From positions 720,298 to 784,297 of the forward strand of contig CP011213.1 of assembly GCA_001029735.1 (NCBI GenBank): a stretch of 64,000 bases of DNA, read 5' to 3'. This DNA is from Berkelbacteria bacterium GW2011_GWE1_39_12. GTDB taxonomy: Bacteria; Patescibacteriota; UBA1384; UBA12157. Made by a program: the position numbers and the translations under genes. Positions within the stretch are counted from its first letter, which is position 1, and every line of letters starts with the position of its first letter. Below the pieces are notes generated by a model. The model saw nothing but the letters and a program-made list of their open reading frames with translations. It did no database searches and was not told where the DNA came from. Positions 26,863 to 37,078 of the stretch are shown here, one piece after another.

Positions 26863-27135
26863 ATGAATCATTCAAGCGAAAAAACGATAGTGAATTTTAA
26901 AAAGGCCAAAGGTCACTTGGAAAAAGTAATTAAGATGGTTGAAGACGGCGAATATTGCATCGATGTTATGCAACAGAACTTAGCTGTAATCGGTTTATTG
27001 AAATCTGCCCATCAGATGTTAATGGAAGGCCATCTAAATACGTGTTTTAAGAGTGCGATGAAGTCTAACAATGAAAAAAGAAAACAGGAAATGATTGAGG
27101 AGATTTTAAAAGTTTCGAAACTATCTAATAAATAG
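26863..27135 (+). CDS. csoR: CsoR/RcnR-family metal-sensing repressor
   Basis: conserved YCIDVMQQ Cys, H in HQMLMEGH and C in HLNTC (Cys-His-Cys ligand pattern). Confidence 0.75.
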   Translation: MNHSSEKTIVNFKKAKGHLEKVIKMVEDGEYCIDVMQQNLAVIGLLKSAHQMLMEGHLNTCFKSAMKSNNEKRKQEMIEEILKVSKLSNK

Positions 27136-27142
27136 GAGGATA

Positions 27143-27838
27143 ATGGAAAAAAATATTTCAAATTGCTGTAAACCTGTTAAAAAATTCTCGGAGAGAAAAG
27201 GATTTTTCTGGGGAATTGTTTATGGTCTCATGCCGCATACATTTTGTATTTTTTTCGTACTTTGTTCTGTGGTTGGGGCGACGACCGGTTCTATATTCCT
27301 GAAAAGATTTTTTGTCATTCCTCATTTCTTTCAAATTTTAGTCGGACTATCATTATTTTTCGCAACTCTTTCAGCTTCTATATATTTAAGGAGAACAGGC
27401 AATTTTTCTTTAGTTGGTGCTAAAAGAAAATGGAGCTATTTGACTATTTTGTTTATCACGACAATTTGTGTCAATCTGTTTTTTTACTACATAGTTTTTC
27501 CATTGGCGGCGAATGTAAACAGTGGTCCGAAAATTGCACAACCAGCTAGTCCAGAAGTTACGATTGAAAACGGGGTACAGGTTGTTAGGATGACACAAAC
27601 TGGACGAGGCTACCAACCTAATGTCGTAACAGTCAAAGTTGATATGCCGGTAAAATGGATTATTACTGGTACAAACACTGGTTTTTGTACAGCTTTTATA
27701 GTGTCGAAGCAGTCAAATATTAATAGGGATTTAGTATTGGGTGAAAACGTTTTAGAATTCACTCCAAAGAAAATTGGCAAGATTAATTTTAGTTGTGCTA
27801 TGAACATGTATAAAGGTTATTTTAATGTAGTAGAATAG
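27143..27838 (+). CDS. membrane protein with C-terminal cupredoxin-like metal-binding domain
   Basis: 3-4 N-terminal TM helices; C-terminal [22 protein letters not shown] resembles Cys/Met copper-site motifs of cupredoxin-like domains. Confidence 0.45.
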   Translation: MEKNISNCCKPVKKFSERKGFFWGIVYGLMPHTFCIFFVLCSVVGATTGSIFLKRFFVIPHFFQILVGLSLFFATLSASIYLRRTGNFSLVGAKRKWSYLTILFITTICVNLFFYYIVFPLAANVNSGPKIAQPASPEVTIENGVQVVRMTQTGRGYQPNVVTVKVDMPVKWIITGTNTGFCTAFIVSKQSNINRDLVLGENVLEFTPKKIGKINFSCAMNMYKGYFNVVE

Positions 27839-27846
27839 GGGAAAAC

Positions 27847-30192
27847 ATGTCAAATGATAAAAAAATACAAATTAACCTTTCGGGGATGCACTGTGCTTCT
27901 TGCGCTCTGATCATTGAAAAGGAAATAAATAAATTGCCCGGTATAAAGCAGGCCAATGTTAATTTCGGGGCAGAAAAAGCATCGATTATTTACGACGAAG
28001 ATTCGTTGAAAATCGAAGAAATAACTAAGACTATTAAGAACGCTGGTTACGAAGCTGAAATCGTGGATGAAAATATGAGCGGTATGGATCATATGCATCA
28101 CAAAGAAGAAGCTTACGAAACATTGCGCAAAAAATTTATAGCCAGTTTAATTTTAAGCTTGCCGATGCTATATTTTATGCTTTTGGACTTTTTTAAATGG
28201 TTGCCAGGCTCAAATTTATTTCCTCCGTATATCGGAATAATCTCATTGGTATTGGCTACACCGGTTCAATTTGTTATAGGTAAAAATTTTTATAAAGGTA
28301 CTTGGTCGGCGCTTCGAATGAAAATGTTTAATATGGATAGCCTAATTGCTATCGGCACCTCTGTGGCTTATTTTTACAGTCTAATAAATTACATTAATTA
28401 CACTATTAGTGAGCATTCGTTAATCGGTCTTGAAGGCATGAAAATACCCGATCTCTATTTTGAAACGGCTGCCTTTTTAATCACTTTTGTCATTTTAGGG
28501 AAATTACTCGAAGCAAAAGCTAAGGGAAGAACTTCTCAAGCAATCCAAAAATTGATCACGTTGCAAGCCAAAACTGCTCGAGTGGTTCGTGACGGAGAGA
28601 CAAAAGATTTACCAATTGAAAAAGTTGTTGTTGGAGATATTATTCAAGTTAGACCGGGTGAAAAAATTCCGGTTGATGGCACAATTACAAAAGGCATTTC
28701 AGCTGTTGACGAATCAATGATCACAGGGGAAAGTATTCCGGTTGAAAAAAACATGGGTGACAAAGTGATTGGTGCCACTATAAATAAACAAGGAAGTTTT
28801 GAATTTCGCGCTGAAAAAGTGGGTTCAGACACTACACTCTCGCAAATCATAAAGTTAATCGAAGAAGCTCAGGGTTCGAAAGCGCCGATTCAGGGTTTCG
28901 CCGACAGAATTGCGGCTTATTTTGTGCCGATCGTTATTGGAATCGCTGTGTTAACCTTTTTAATTTGGTTTTTCCCTTTGCACGCCGGGCTTACCTTTTC
29001 CCTTTTGGCGTTTACGGCCGTCATTGTGATCGCATGTCCGTGCGCTTTGGGACTTGCCACTCCGACGGCAATTATGGTCGGAACGGGTAAAGGCGCAGAA
29101 CATGGTGTATTGATTAAGGGCGGAGAACCGCTTGAAGCTGCCAACACAATCAATACAATAATCTTTGATAAGACCGGGACATTAACCGTAGGAAAGCCAA
29201 TCGTTACTGATATAATCGGCCAAAAAGAAAATCTGCAAATTGCGGCCTCCCTTGAGCATGGCTCAGAACATCCCTTGGCCGGATCGATCCTGCAAAAAGC
29301 CAACGAAGAAAAAACTGATACTAAAGAAGTTGAAAACTTTAAAGCCATTGCTGGTCATGGTATTGAAGGTATTATTGATGGCCAAAAATATTATTTCGGT
29401 AATCGAAAACTTATTGCGGATGTTGCTAAGTTAAATTTATCAAAATTTGATTCTGAGCTTATTCGGTTGGAAGAAGAGGGTAAAACCGCCATGATTTTGT
29501 CAAGCGATAAAGAAGTTCTTGGTATTATTGCGGTAGCTGATACTGTCAAAGAGACATCGAAAAAAGCGGTTGAAAAGCTTAAATCAATGGGGATGGAGCT
29601 TTATATGATTACAGGTGACAATCAAAGAACCGCTCAGGCAATTGCCAAAGAACTGGGTATAGATAATGTTTTAGCTGAAGTTTTGCCGGAAGATAAGGCT
29701 CAAGAGGTTAAAAAATTGCAAAATTTGGGCAAAAATGTAGCAATGGTGGGCGACGGGATTAATGACGCACCTGCCTTGGCTCAAGCTGATTTGGGTATAG
29801 CGATGGGGTCTGGCACTGATGTAGCAATTGAAGCAGGTGGCATAGTTATTATTAAAAATGATTTAAATGATGTTGTTACTGCTATCGAGCTTTCACGAGA
29901 AACATTTTCAAAAATTAAACAGAATATGTTTTTTGCCCTGTTTTATAATGTGATCGGTATTCCGATTGCCGCAAGAGTTTTTATTGGCTTAGGATTGGTT
30001 TTAAAGCCGGAATTAGCAGGACTTGCCATGGCCTTGAGTTCAGTTTCTGTGGTATCTAATTCATTGCTGTTGAAATATTTTAAACCAGGTCGCAAAAATT
30101 ACATCTCGGTGATCGCGCCAATATTGATGATTATTGTTTTTAGTTTTTTGTTTTTTGAATTTGCACGTTTAAGTTCGAACATGGGAAAATAA
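27847..30192 (+). CDS. copA: copper-translocating P1B-type ATPase
   Basis: HMA domain GMHCASC, TM CPC motif ([11 protein letters not shown]), DKTGTLT phosphorylation site, [10 protein letters not shown]. Confidence 0.95.
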   Translation: MSNDKKIQINLSGMHCASCALIIEKEINKLPGIKQANVNFGAEKASIIYDEDSLKIEEITKTIKNAGYEAEIVDENMSGMDHMHHKEEAYETLRKKFIASLILSLPMLYFMLLDFFKWLPGSNLFPPYIGIISLVLATPVQFVIGKNFYKGTWSALRMKMFNMDSLIAIGTSVAYFYSLINYINYTISEHSLIGLEGMKIPDLYFETAAFLITFVILGKLLEAKAKGRTSQAIQKLITLQAKTARVVRDGETKDLPIEKVVVGDIIQVRPGEKIPVDGTITKGISAVDESMITGESIPVEKNMGDKVIGATINKQGSFEFRAEKVGSDTTLSQIIKLIEEAQGSKAPIQGFADRIAAYFVPIVIGIAVLTFLIWFFPLHAGLTFSLLAFTAVIVIACPCALGLATPTAIMVGTGKGAEHGVLIKGGEPLEAANTINTIIFDKTGTLTVGKPIVTDIIGQKENLQIAASLEHGSEHPLAGSILQKANEEKTDTKEVENFKAIAGHGIEGIIDGQKYYFGNRKLIADVAKLNLSKFDSELIRLEEEGKTAMILSSDKEVLGIIAVADTVKETSKKAVEKLKSMGMELYMITGDNQRTAQAIAKELGIDNVLAEVLPEDKAQEVKKLQNLGKNVAMVGDGINDAPALAQADLGIAMGSGTDVAIEAGGIVIIKNDLNDVVTAIELSRETFSKIKQNMFFALFYNVIGIPIAARVFIGLGLVLKPELAGLAMALSSVSVVSNSLLLKYFKPGRKNYISVIAPILMIIVFSFLFFEFARLSSNMGK

Positions 30193-30218
30193 TCAATTAA
30201 TAAAAGAAAGGATTTATT

Positions 30219-30356
30219 ATGATGGGAACTGATTACGGCACGATGATGGGGTCAAATGGCGGAGTAATGATGCTTTTTGGCTGGTTGGCCTATCTACTTT
30301 TTGTCGTGTTAATTGTCCTTGGCATTGCTGCGATTTTAAAATATCTAAAAAAATAA
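30219..30356 (+). CDS. 45-aa Met/Gly-rich single-TM peptide downstream of copA
   Basis: MMGTDYGTMMGSNGGVMMLFGWLAYLLFVVLIVLGIAAILKYLKK; below the ORF-track length cut-off; weak RBS. Confidence 0.3.
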   Translation: MMGTDYGTMMGSNGGVMMLFGWLAYLLFVVLIVLGIAAILKYLKK

Positions 30357-30366
30357 AATTTTCAGC

Positions 30367-30855
30367 TTAAGAGTTAGCAGGCTCTTCTATTGTGGTTGAT
30401 TCAATCTCTGCGCCATTGGTTGGCAAGTTCGGTAAATCCAATTCAACTTTAGCCGCATATTTTCCTTCTTCATCACGGTCGTCCCAATTTTTCTTCTTTG
30501 GTAAGAATTTGACGACAATTTTAAACTGGCGTTTGTCGCCATCGGCATCTTCGATTTCATTAGCGTTGCTTTCTTTATGGTACTCAACGACTTCACTGGA
30601 TAAAATCTCTTCTAAAGTATCTAATTCTTCTTTGTTTTCTTTGATATCGGCAATAATTTTTTGAGTTTCCTGTTGGGCCAGGATCTCGTTTTTGATTCTT
30701 TTTCGTTTTTCTGTCGCGGTTTTTACTTCTTCGCTAGCCTCTAAATATTGAGTGTTGTTCTCGAGTTCATTTTTTAAAGTTTCTCGGGCCACTTTATTTT
30801 CATTTTTGTAATTTTCGACCTCTGTCATTCTCTTGTGAATACTGGAAAGTTCCAT
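30367..30855 (-). CDS. acidic coiled-coil protein, unknown function
   Basis: 162 aa, E/K-rich heptads. Confidence 0.45.
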   Translation of the reverse strand: MELSSIHKRMTEVENYKNENKVARETLKNELENNTQYLEASEEVKTATEKRKRIKNEILAQQETQKIIADIKENKEELDTLEEILSSEVVEYHKESNANEIEDADGDKRQFKIVVKFLPKKKNWDDRDEEGKYAAKVELDLPNLPTNGAEIESTTIEEPANS

Positions 30856-30988
30856 TGATCTCCTTTTTATATTTTGCTTTACAAATCTCCGCGATAAAGC
30901 CTTATTGCTTTAACTTACGTGAGCCTATTGTATCAAATATTTAGCATTGAGCAAAAGACTGGTATACTGAAAATACAAAGGAGTATAT

Positions 30989-31063
30989 ATGCAAGGATTA
31001 GAAATTATAGCCAAACTTCCGTTTGGCGCGGAAATTTCTAGAAGGAAATTATGCAAGTACTAG
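30989..31063 (+). CDS. 24-codon upstream ORF overlapping the start of the PLDc_N gene (candidate leader peptide)
   Basis: AAGGAG RBS then ATGCAAGGATTAGAAATTAT.., a near-duplicate of the downstream start ATGCAAGTACTAGAAATTAT. Confidence 0.25.
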   Translation: MQGLEIIAKLPFGAEISRRKLCKY

Positions 31064-31251
31064 AAATTATTAAATTTGTCTGGCCATTAATCATTCTGCA
31101 GTTAGCTGTCCAAGTTTATGCTATTTATGATTTAGCAAAACGCGGCAAAACAAAGAATCTTAATTTTGCAATCTGGTTAATTATCATTATACTCGGCGAG
31201 ATTTTAGGTAGCATAGTTTATTTGTTGGTTGGCCGGGCAGAGGAGGAATAA
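31051..31251 (+). CDS. PLDc_N-type small membrane protein (YxlE-like)
   Basis: 66 aa, 2 TM; precedes an ABC ATPase as in yxlE-yxlF-yxlG. Confidence 0.55.
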   Translation: MQVLEIIKFVWPLIILQLAVQVYAIYDLAKRGKTKNLNFAIWLIIIILGEILGSIVYLLVGRAEEE

Positions 31252-32171
31252 TGAGCGCAATTAAAATAGAAAACCTCTCGAAAGTTTTTGGCGATTTTAA
31301 GGCACTGGATGATCTCTCGTTTGAGGTTTCTGAAAACTGTGTTTTTGGCTTTCTGGGACCAAATGGCGCCGGTAAAACTACGACTATTCGAATGTTAGTA
31401 GGACTATCAAGGCCAACTAGTGGAAGAATATTTATTGACGGTGAGGAAGTAGTCTTTGGGAAAACTATGGTAAACAATAAATTCGGATATTTGCCAGAGC
31501 AGCCCGCATTTTATGGTTGGATGACAGGCGAAGAATATTTAAGTTTTATTGCCGATCTATTCTTGATCAAGGACAAAGAAACGGAAATAAAACGGGTTTT
31601 AACCTTGGTAAAGCTGACTGATGCTAAATCTCGCCGCATCGCCGGTTATTCGAACGGAATGAAACAAAGATTGGGTATCGCTCAGGCTTTAATCAACAAG
31701 CCAAAGGTTTTGATTTTAGATGAGCCAGTTTCAGCGTTAGATCCTATCGGCCGCAAAGAAGTCTTGGAAATTTTACTTGATTTAAAAAAAGATCATACAA
31801 TTTTTCTTTCGACTCACATCTTATCGGATGTTGATCGGATTTGCGATGATGTAGCAATTTTGGATCACGGCAAGCTAATTACCGTGGCAAAACTTTCAGA
31901 GCTAAAAAATGAATATGCGGCGCCAGTTCTGGAAATTGAATTTGATGAGGATCCTAAAGGCGTGGCCGAAGAATTGCGCAAAGAGAAATGGGTGCAGAAA
32001 GTCGAACAGCAAGGAGAAATTATTAGAGTTTGGTTAAAGGACGAAGCTGTTATCGATAAGAACCTTCCTTTAAAAGCCGTTTCCAAATTTAATTACGGAA
32101 TTGTTCATTACGGCATGTTGCAACTACAAACTGAGGATTTATTTATGAACCTAGTTGGGGAGGACAAATGA
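31251..32171 (+). CDS. ABC transporter ATP-binding protein
   Basis: GPNGAGKTT Walker A, SNGMKQRLGIAQAL signature, ILDEP Walker B. Confidence 0.9.
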   Translation: MSAIKIENLSKVFGDFKALDDLSFEVSENCVFGFLGPNGAGKTTTIRMLVGLSRPTSGRIFIDGEEVVFGKTMVNNKFGYLPEQPAFYGWMTGEEYLSFIADLFLIKDKETEIKRVLTLVKLTDAKSRRIAGYSNGMKQRLGIAQALINKPKVLILDEPVSALDPIGRKEVLEILLDLKKDHTIFLSTHILSDVDRICDDVAILDHGKLITVAKLSELKNEYAAPVLEIEFDEDPKGVAEELRKEKWVQKVEQQGEIIRVWLKDEAVIDKNLPLKAVSKFNYGIVHYGMLQLQTEDLFMNLVGEDK

Positions 32172-32947
32172 AAAGCCATATTTTTTGGAGCTTATTAAAA
32201 AAAGATTTTTTAGATTTGTTACGATCAAAAAAGATTTTAATTTTAGGAATAATATTTCTGTTTGTTGCAATTTCTTCAGTAGTTTTAGCGAAAGTTATGC
32301 CTCAGATTTTAAATTCGCTACCTCAAACCCCAGGATTAACCATTAGTTTACCAACGCCAACTTATTTAGATTCAGTCGATCAGTTTGTGAAAAACCTCTC
32401 CCAATTGGCAATTTTTGTTTTAGTCTTTCTTGTTGCCGGAACGGTTGTCGACGAAAAAACTAAAAAGACTTTGGAACTTACCTTAACCAAGCCAATTTCT
32501 AAAAAAGCATTTATTTTGAGTAAATACGCGGCAAATTTGGGTTCAATCAAAGTTGTATATTTAATTTCAGCGCTAATATTTTATTTTTACACAGTTACAA
32601 CCTTTGCAAGTTTTAGCTTTATCAACTTTTTAATCATGTCGCTTTTGATTTTGGTTTACTTAATTCTCATTTCTTCAGCCACAATTTTCTTTAGCACTAT
32701 TGCCAGTAGCCCAATTATGGCGGCCATTGGCGGTTTTGTTAGCATGATTATTTTAGGTACGGTTTGGGGATTAATTAAATCAATTAAAAATTACTCACCG
32801 TATAAATTAGTCGGTGATTATAAAGAAATTATTACCAGTGGTTGGAACAAAGATTTGTTATTCCCATTGTTAATATCGATAGTTTTAATCATCAGTTTTG
32901 TTTGGGCATCGATTATAGTCTTTCAAAAACAGGAAATTGAGCGTTAA
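32168..32947 (+). CDS. ABC-2 family permease
   Basis: 6 TM; 4-nt overlap with the ATPase gene. Confidence 0.7.
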   Translation: MKSHIFWSLLKKDFLDLLRSKKILILGIIFLFVAISSVVLAKVMPQILNSLPQTPGLTISLPTPTYLDSVDQFVKNLSQLAIFVLVFLVAGTVVDEKTKKTLELTLTKPISKKAFILSKYAANLGSIKVVYLISALIFYFYTVTTFASFSFINFLIMSLLILVYLILISSATIFFSTIASSPIMAAIGGFVSMIILGTVWGLIKSIKNYSPYKLVGDYKEIITSGWNKDLLFPLLISIVLIISFVWASIIVFQKQEIER

Positions 32948-33038
32948 TGTGTAGATTTTATGTTTAATCGAATTACTTCCGAAAAAGCAAGAGAATTACC
33001 TGAGCCAAACTATAAGAAAGCGTTGGAGATACTTCAAA

Positions 33039-33542
33039 ATGTCTAAAATAACTATTGTAGATGAAAATGACGATGTGATTGGCATAAAAGAAAGAGATGA
33101 GGTAACCTCGGCGGATATTTATCGTGCCACTGGTCTTTGGATAACAAATTCCAAAGGCGAGATTTTATTGGCTCAAAGAAGCTTTAATAAAAGCCATAGT
33201 CCGGGCAAGTGGGCGCCGGCCGTCGCTGGAACGGTTGAAGAAAACGAGAGCTATGAGCAAAATATCTACAAAGAAGCTGAAGAGGAAATGGGGATCGTGG
33301 ATATTAAATTTGAACTTGGCCCAAAATGGCGAACATCAAATAAATATAATTATTTCGCTCAAATATTTACAGTTGTATTAGATTGGCCGTTAGAAAAATT
33401 TAAGGTTGATTATCGAGAAGCTGAACAGATCAAATGGTTTAGAAAAGATGAACTCATAAAAGAAATTACAGCTTGTCCGCGAAATTTTACCTCAGCTGCA
33501 CCTAGGATGCTGAGTGTTAATATAAAAATCGAAAGCGATTAG
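33039..33542 (+). CDS. NUDIX hydrolase
   Basis: Nudix box GTVEENESYEQNIYKEAEEEMGI. Confidence 0.75.
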   Translation: MSKITIVDENDDVIGIKERDEVTSADIYRATGLWITNSKGEILLAQRSFNKSHSPGKWAPAVAGTVEENESYEQNIYKEAEEEMGIVDIKFELGPKWRTSNKYNYFAQIFTVVLDWPLEKFKVDYREAEQIKWFRKDELIKEITACPRNFTSAAPRMLSVNIKIESD

Positions 33543-33763
33543 ATTTATCTAAGAATTGAATGGGTTCAAATTAAAAAAGACTTGTTTCTTTTTGTCCTCT
33601 TACGAACTCTGCGAAATCCTTTATAATAATTTTTTGTGAATATTTCTCAGGAAAGATTTGGCTTATTTTAATATACTTAAGATCGCAAACCTTAATAGAA
33701 AGGATAATATGGACAAAGCAAAAGCTTGTCGCAGAATTACTCCTTTCCTAGAAAAGAGAAAAT

Positions 33764-34141
33764 ATGGACGGTGTCGTACATTTCGAAATCCCTGCTGACG
33801 ACCTGGATCGCGCAAAGGAGTTTTATAGCGAAATCTTCGGCTGGAAAATGAATGACATGCCGGAAATGAAGTATGTTATTGCTTGGACAGGTGAAACCGA
33901 TCCGGAAAGTGGCACGCTCAAAGAAAAAGGAATGATTAACGGTGGTATGATGCAGCGTGACCCCGAGGTTTCTCACCCAGTTATTACGATCGATGTTAAA
34001 GACATCGATGAGTCCATGATGAAAATTAAAGAAATGGGCGGAGAGGAATTAAAAGCAAAGATGGAAGTTGGGGACATGGGCTATGCCGCATATTTCAAAG
34101 ATACCGAAGGAAATGTAATGGGTCTCTGGCAAAACAAATAG
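33764..34141 (+). CDS. VOC (glyoxalase/bleomycin-resistance) family protein
   Basis: VHFEIPADDLDRAKEFYSEIFGW N-terminal motif. Confidence 0.75.
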   Translation: MDGVVHFEIPADDLDRAKEFYSEIFGWKMNDMPEMKYVIAWTGETDPESGTLKEKGMINGGMMQRDPEVSHPVITIDVKDIDESMMKIKEMGGEELKAKMEVGDMGYAAYFKDTEGNVMGLWQNK

Positions 34142-34223
34142 ACAATTGTTTGGTCTTTTGAAATAATAGAGATGGCTTGAAGCCATCTTTATTATTAAGA
34201 TATAAATGCAAAAAGGATCATAA

Positions 34224-34574
34224 ATGGACATCAATGAATATCAAAAATTAGCAACAAGAACGGCTAAAAACTATAAGAATCAGAGGGCTTTAATGAATTG
34301 GGGATTGGGCGTGGCCGGCGAGGCGGGCGATATTGCCGGCTGCATTAAGAAAACGGTTTTTCATAAAAACGATCAAAGCGATGGAGTTCGGGAAAATATC
34401 GGCGATACGATGTGGTACTTAGCCATGATTTGTAACACTATGGGCTGGAGCCTGGAAGATATTTTAGAAGAAAATATTGATAAATTAAGAAAGCGCTATC
34501 CTGAAGGTTTTACATTTAAAGATGCACAGCGCGGCAAAACACGCGTTGATTGGATGGAAAAAAATGGCCAATAA
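34224..34574 (+). CDS. MazG-like nucleotide pyrophosphohydrolase
   Basis: EYQKLATRT..GLGVAGEAGDIAG..ENIGDTMWYLAMI all-alpha NTP-PPase motifs. Confidence 0.7.
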   Translation: MDINEYQKLATRTAKNYKNQRALMNWGLGVAGEAGDIAGCIKKTVFHKNDQSDGVRENIGDTMWYLAMICNTMGWSLEDILEENIDKLRKRYPEGFTFKDAQRGKTRVDWMEKNGQ

Positions 34575-34980
34575 AATCGGCGCGAAAAAATTAATCGCTT
34601 CTTGCGGTATGAATTGTGGTATCTGTAAATTCTATTTACGAGAAAAAGATGGCTGCCCTGGATGTCATGTACAACCGAAAGAAACTTGTCTCAAATGTAG
34701 AATTAGAATTTGTGAAAAACACACTGGAGATTTTTGTTATGATTGTAAAGAATTTCCTTGCCAGCGATTGAAAAACTTAGATAAGAGATACCGATCTAAA
34801 TATAATATGAGCGAGATTGAAAATTTGCATTTTATCCGAGAAAACGGAATGGAAAAATTTTTAGAAAAAGAAAATAAAAAATGGGCATGTTCTAAATGCG
34901 GCGGAGTAATTTCCTGCCACACACAAGAATGTTCTCAGTGTGGCGTAAAAAATGCAAAAATAAAGGATAAAAATGTTTAA
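34564..34980 (+). CDS. Cys-rich DUF3795-like protein
   Basis: CGMNCGICKFY..CPGCH..CLKCRIRICE..CYDCKEFPC. Start placed at ATG 34564, overlapping the MazG stop by 11 nt. Confidence 0.5.
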   Translation: MANKIGAKKLIASCGMNCGICKFYLREKDGCPGCHVQPKETCLKCRIRICEKHTGDFCYDCKEFPCQRLKNLDKRYRSKYNMSEIENLHFIRENGMEKFLEKENKKWACSKCGGVISCHTQECSQCGVKNAKIKDKNV

Positions 34981-35551
34981 ATATCAGTGGAATGCGTGGC
35001 TACAATTGAGTAGTATGAGCCCGAGAGAATTTATTTGTGGATTTTGCGGAAAGGATGTTGGTTCTGATCATGGATACTTTAGTCAGACTCATGGTGGAAT
35101 ATCAATTGTAATTTGCACGAATTGTGGTCGTCCAACTTTTTTTGAAAACAATTCTCAAACACCTGGTCCTTTACTTGGACGAAGTGTTAAACATCTTCCT
35201 AGTGATATTAAAACTATTTATCAAGAAATGCGCAGTTCTATTAAGGAAAAAAATTATACTGCTACTTTGTTATTAGGGCGTAAGCTGATAATGCATACTG
35301 CCGTAGACTTGGCTGGAGCAAAAGAAGGTGAAACATTCGCGGCTTATGTCGATTTTCTTAAATGTAAAAATTATATACCACCAAATGGTGAAAAATGGTT
35401 AAAGTATATAAAAGATTTAGGAAATGAGAAAAATCATGAGATAAAACTTGGGACACTGGAAGAAGCTACTAAAATATTATCATTCATTGAAATGATGCTT
35501 ATTTTTACTTATGAATTTCCAAATGAACACGAAGAAGGGATAAATAAATGA
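34973..35551 (+). CDS. DUF4145-domain protein with N-terminal zinc ribbon
   Basis: CGFCGK..CTNCGRP ribbon; C-terminal ..LGNEKNHE.. block; 8-nt overlap with the upstream gene. Confidence 0.45.
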   Translation: MFKYQWNAWLQLSSMSPREFICGFCGKDVGSDHGYFSQTHGGISIVICTNCGRPTFFENNSQTPGPLLGRSVKHLPSDIKTIYQEMRSSIKEKNYTATLLLGRKLIMHTAVDLAGAKEGETFAAYVDFLKCKNYIPPNGEKWLKYIKDLGNEKNHEIKLGTLEEATKILSFIEMMLIFTYEFPNEHEEGINK

Positions 35552-36147
35552 AAATATTTTTAACTTCTAGCGCCTATCAGGTTATGGATAAAATCGTGTC
35601 AGAGCTTCCTATGAAGCCCTCTGAATTAAAAGTGGTATTTATTCCTACTGCCGGCGATCCATATGATGATGATCGGCCATGGCAAAAAGCCGATCATGAT
35701 AAGCTTAGTGAATTAGGTTTTGTTGTCACCGACTTTGATCTAAAAGAAAAAACCGAAAGCGATGTGCGTGATATTTTGGGAAAGGTTGATGTTATTTTTG
35801 TCGCCGGTGGTAACACTTTTTATTTATTAGAAAAGGCGAGAGAGAGTGGTTTTGAAAAAGTGATCAAAGAACTAAATGATTCCGACAAAATTTATATCGG
35901 CTCAAGTGCTGGTTCATGTATTGCTGGTCCAGATCTCGAACCAATTGCGCCTATCGATGATCCTGAAAAGGCAAATTTGGACAATACAAAGGCTTTTGGT
36001 CTTGTTGATTTTGTCGTTCTGCCTCATCATGGTAACCCAAAATATGATATTTTGCATGAAAAAGTGATTAAAGAATTCGGAAATAAATATGAAATTAAGA
36101 CGATTACTAATGAACAGACTATCGCAATTAATGATAAGGAAAATTGA
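35548..36147 (+). CDS. S51-family peptidase (PepE-like)
   Basis: IYIGSSAGSCIAG catalytic Ser motif; 4-nt overlap upstream. Confidence 0.7.
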   Translation: MKIFLTSSAYQVMDKIVSELPMKPSELKVVFIPTAGDPYDDDRPWQKADHDKLSELGFVVTDFDLKEKTESDVRDILGKVDVIFVAGGNTFYLLEKARESGFEKVIKELNDSDKIYIGSSAGSCIAGPDLEPIAPIDDPEKANLDNTKAFGLVDFVVLPHHGNPKYDILHEKVIKEFGNKYEIKTITNEQTIAINDKEN

Positions 36148-36506
36148 TGCAAATTATTACAACAAAACAAAAACTAGCTGGCGTGCTACACGGAATCATT
36201 GTGCTATTTGCTTATACTTCGTTTCTTTGGCTTGATTGGAAACTGATTGTTATTGGCGTGCTACTTTATTACATTCAGCTCAAAATTTTTGACGGATGTA
36301 TTTTGACTTATGCTCAATTTGGCAAGTGGAATTATTCATTTACTGCACATTACGCTGGCAAAATATTAAGGAAATTTAATGTTGATATCGAAGATAAAAA
36401 GATCAAAAGATTTATTGATATTTTAGCGCCGATTTTTTTGGTACTGGCCATAGTTTTGCAGGTAATTTTGAAATATAGACCTCTTGTAGTTTGGAAAATT
36501 TGGTAA
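36144..36506 (+). CDS. small membrane protein (3 TM), unknown
   Basis: 4-nt overlap with the peptidase gene; hydrophobic helices. Confidence 0.45.
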   Translation: MMQIITTKQKLAGVLHGIIVLFAYTSFLWLDWKLIVIGVLLYYIQLKIFDGCILTYAQFGKWNYSFTAHYAGKILRKFNVDIEDKKIKRFIDILAPIFLVLAIVLQVILKYRPLVVWKIW

Positions 36507-36517
36507 ATTAATTTTGT

Positions 36518-37018
36518 TTGGAGGTAAAAATGTCAAACGAACAAAGTGAAAACGAACCGGTCTGTTGCCCGAAGTTTAATCCTGAGCCATGGGACGGGAA
36601 AGTCTTAGAATGGCAGGACAAAAAATTTATTAAAGATCACGTTAAAACTTTTATGTACATGCCGATTAATTTTGGCGGGGCGATGATGCGGCTAATGGAA
36701 AAAGTAGAGGCCGCTGGTGCTCAAACACCCGAGAACATGTGTCTTTCTGACCACACTTCGAAATGGAATATGGATCTTTATTTGGCAGTCGATAAAGAAA
36801 TCGAAGGCGCGGAAAAAGCCAATTTAAGTGGTAAATTTCTAACCAAAGTTTATGAGGGTGATTTTAAGGATACTGGCAAATGGGGTGAAGACTTTAAAAA
36901 TTTTGCCGTTCAAAAGGGCCTCAAAATCAAAAAATGGTATATGTGGTATACAACCTGCCCGAAATGCGCTAAAAAATACGGCAGGAATTACGTGGTTACT
37001 ATAGCAGAGGTAGAGTAA
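36518..37018 (+). CDS. hypothetical protein
   Basis: 166-aa ORF, Trp/Lys-rich, terminal CPKC pair; no family recognised. Confidence 0.4.
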   Translation: MEVKMSNEQSENEPVCCPKFNPEPWDGKVLEWQDKKFIKDHVKTFMYMPINFGGAMMRLMEKVEAAGAQTPENMCLSDHTSKWNMDLYLAVDKEIEGAEKANLSGKFLTKVYEGDFKDTGKWGEDFKNFAVQKGLKIKKWYMWYTTCPKCAKKYGRNYVVTIAEVE

Positions 37019-37078
37019 TAATTTTTCGACCAAAAAATAAATTACTTATAATTATCCAGTTAAAGGAGGTGAATAGAA

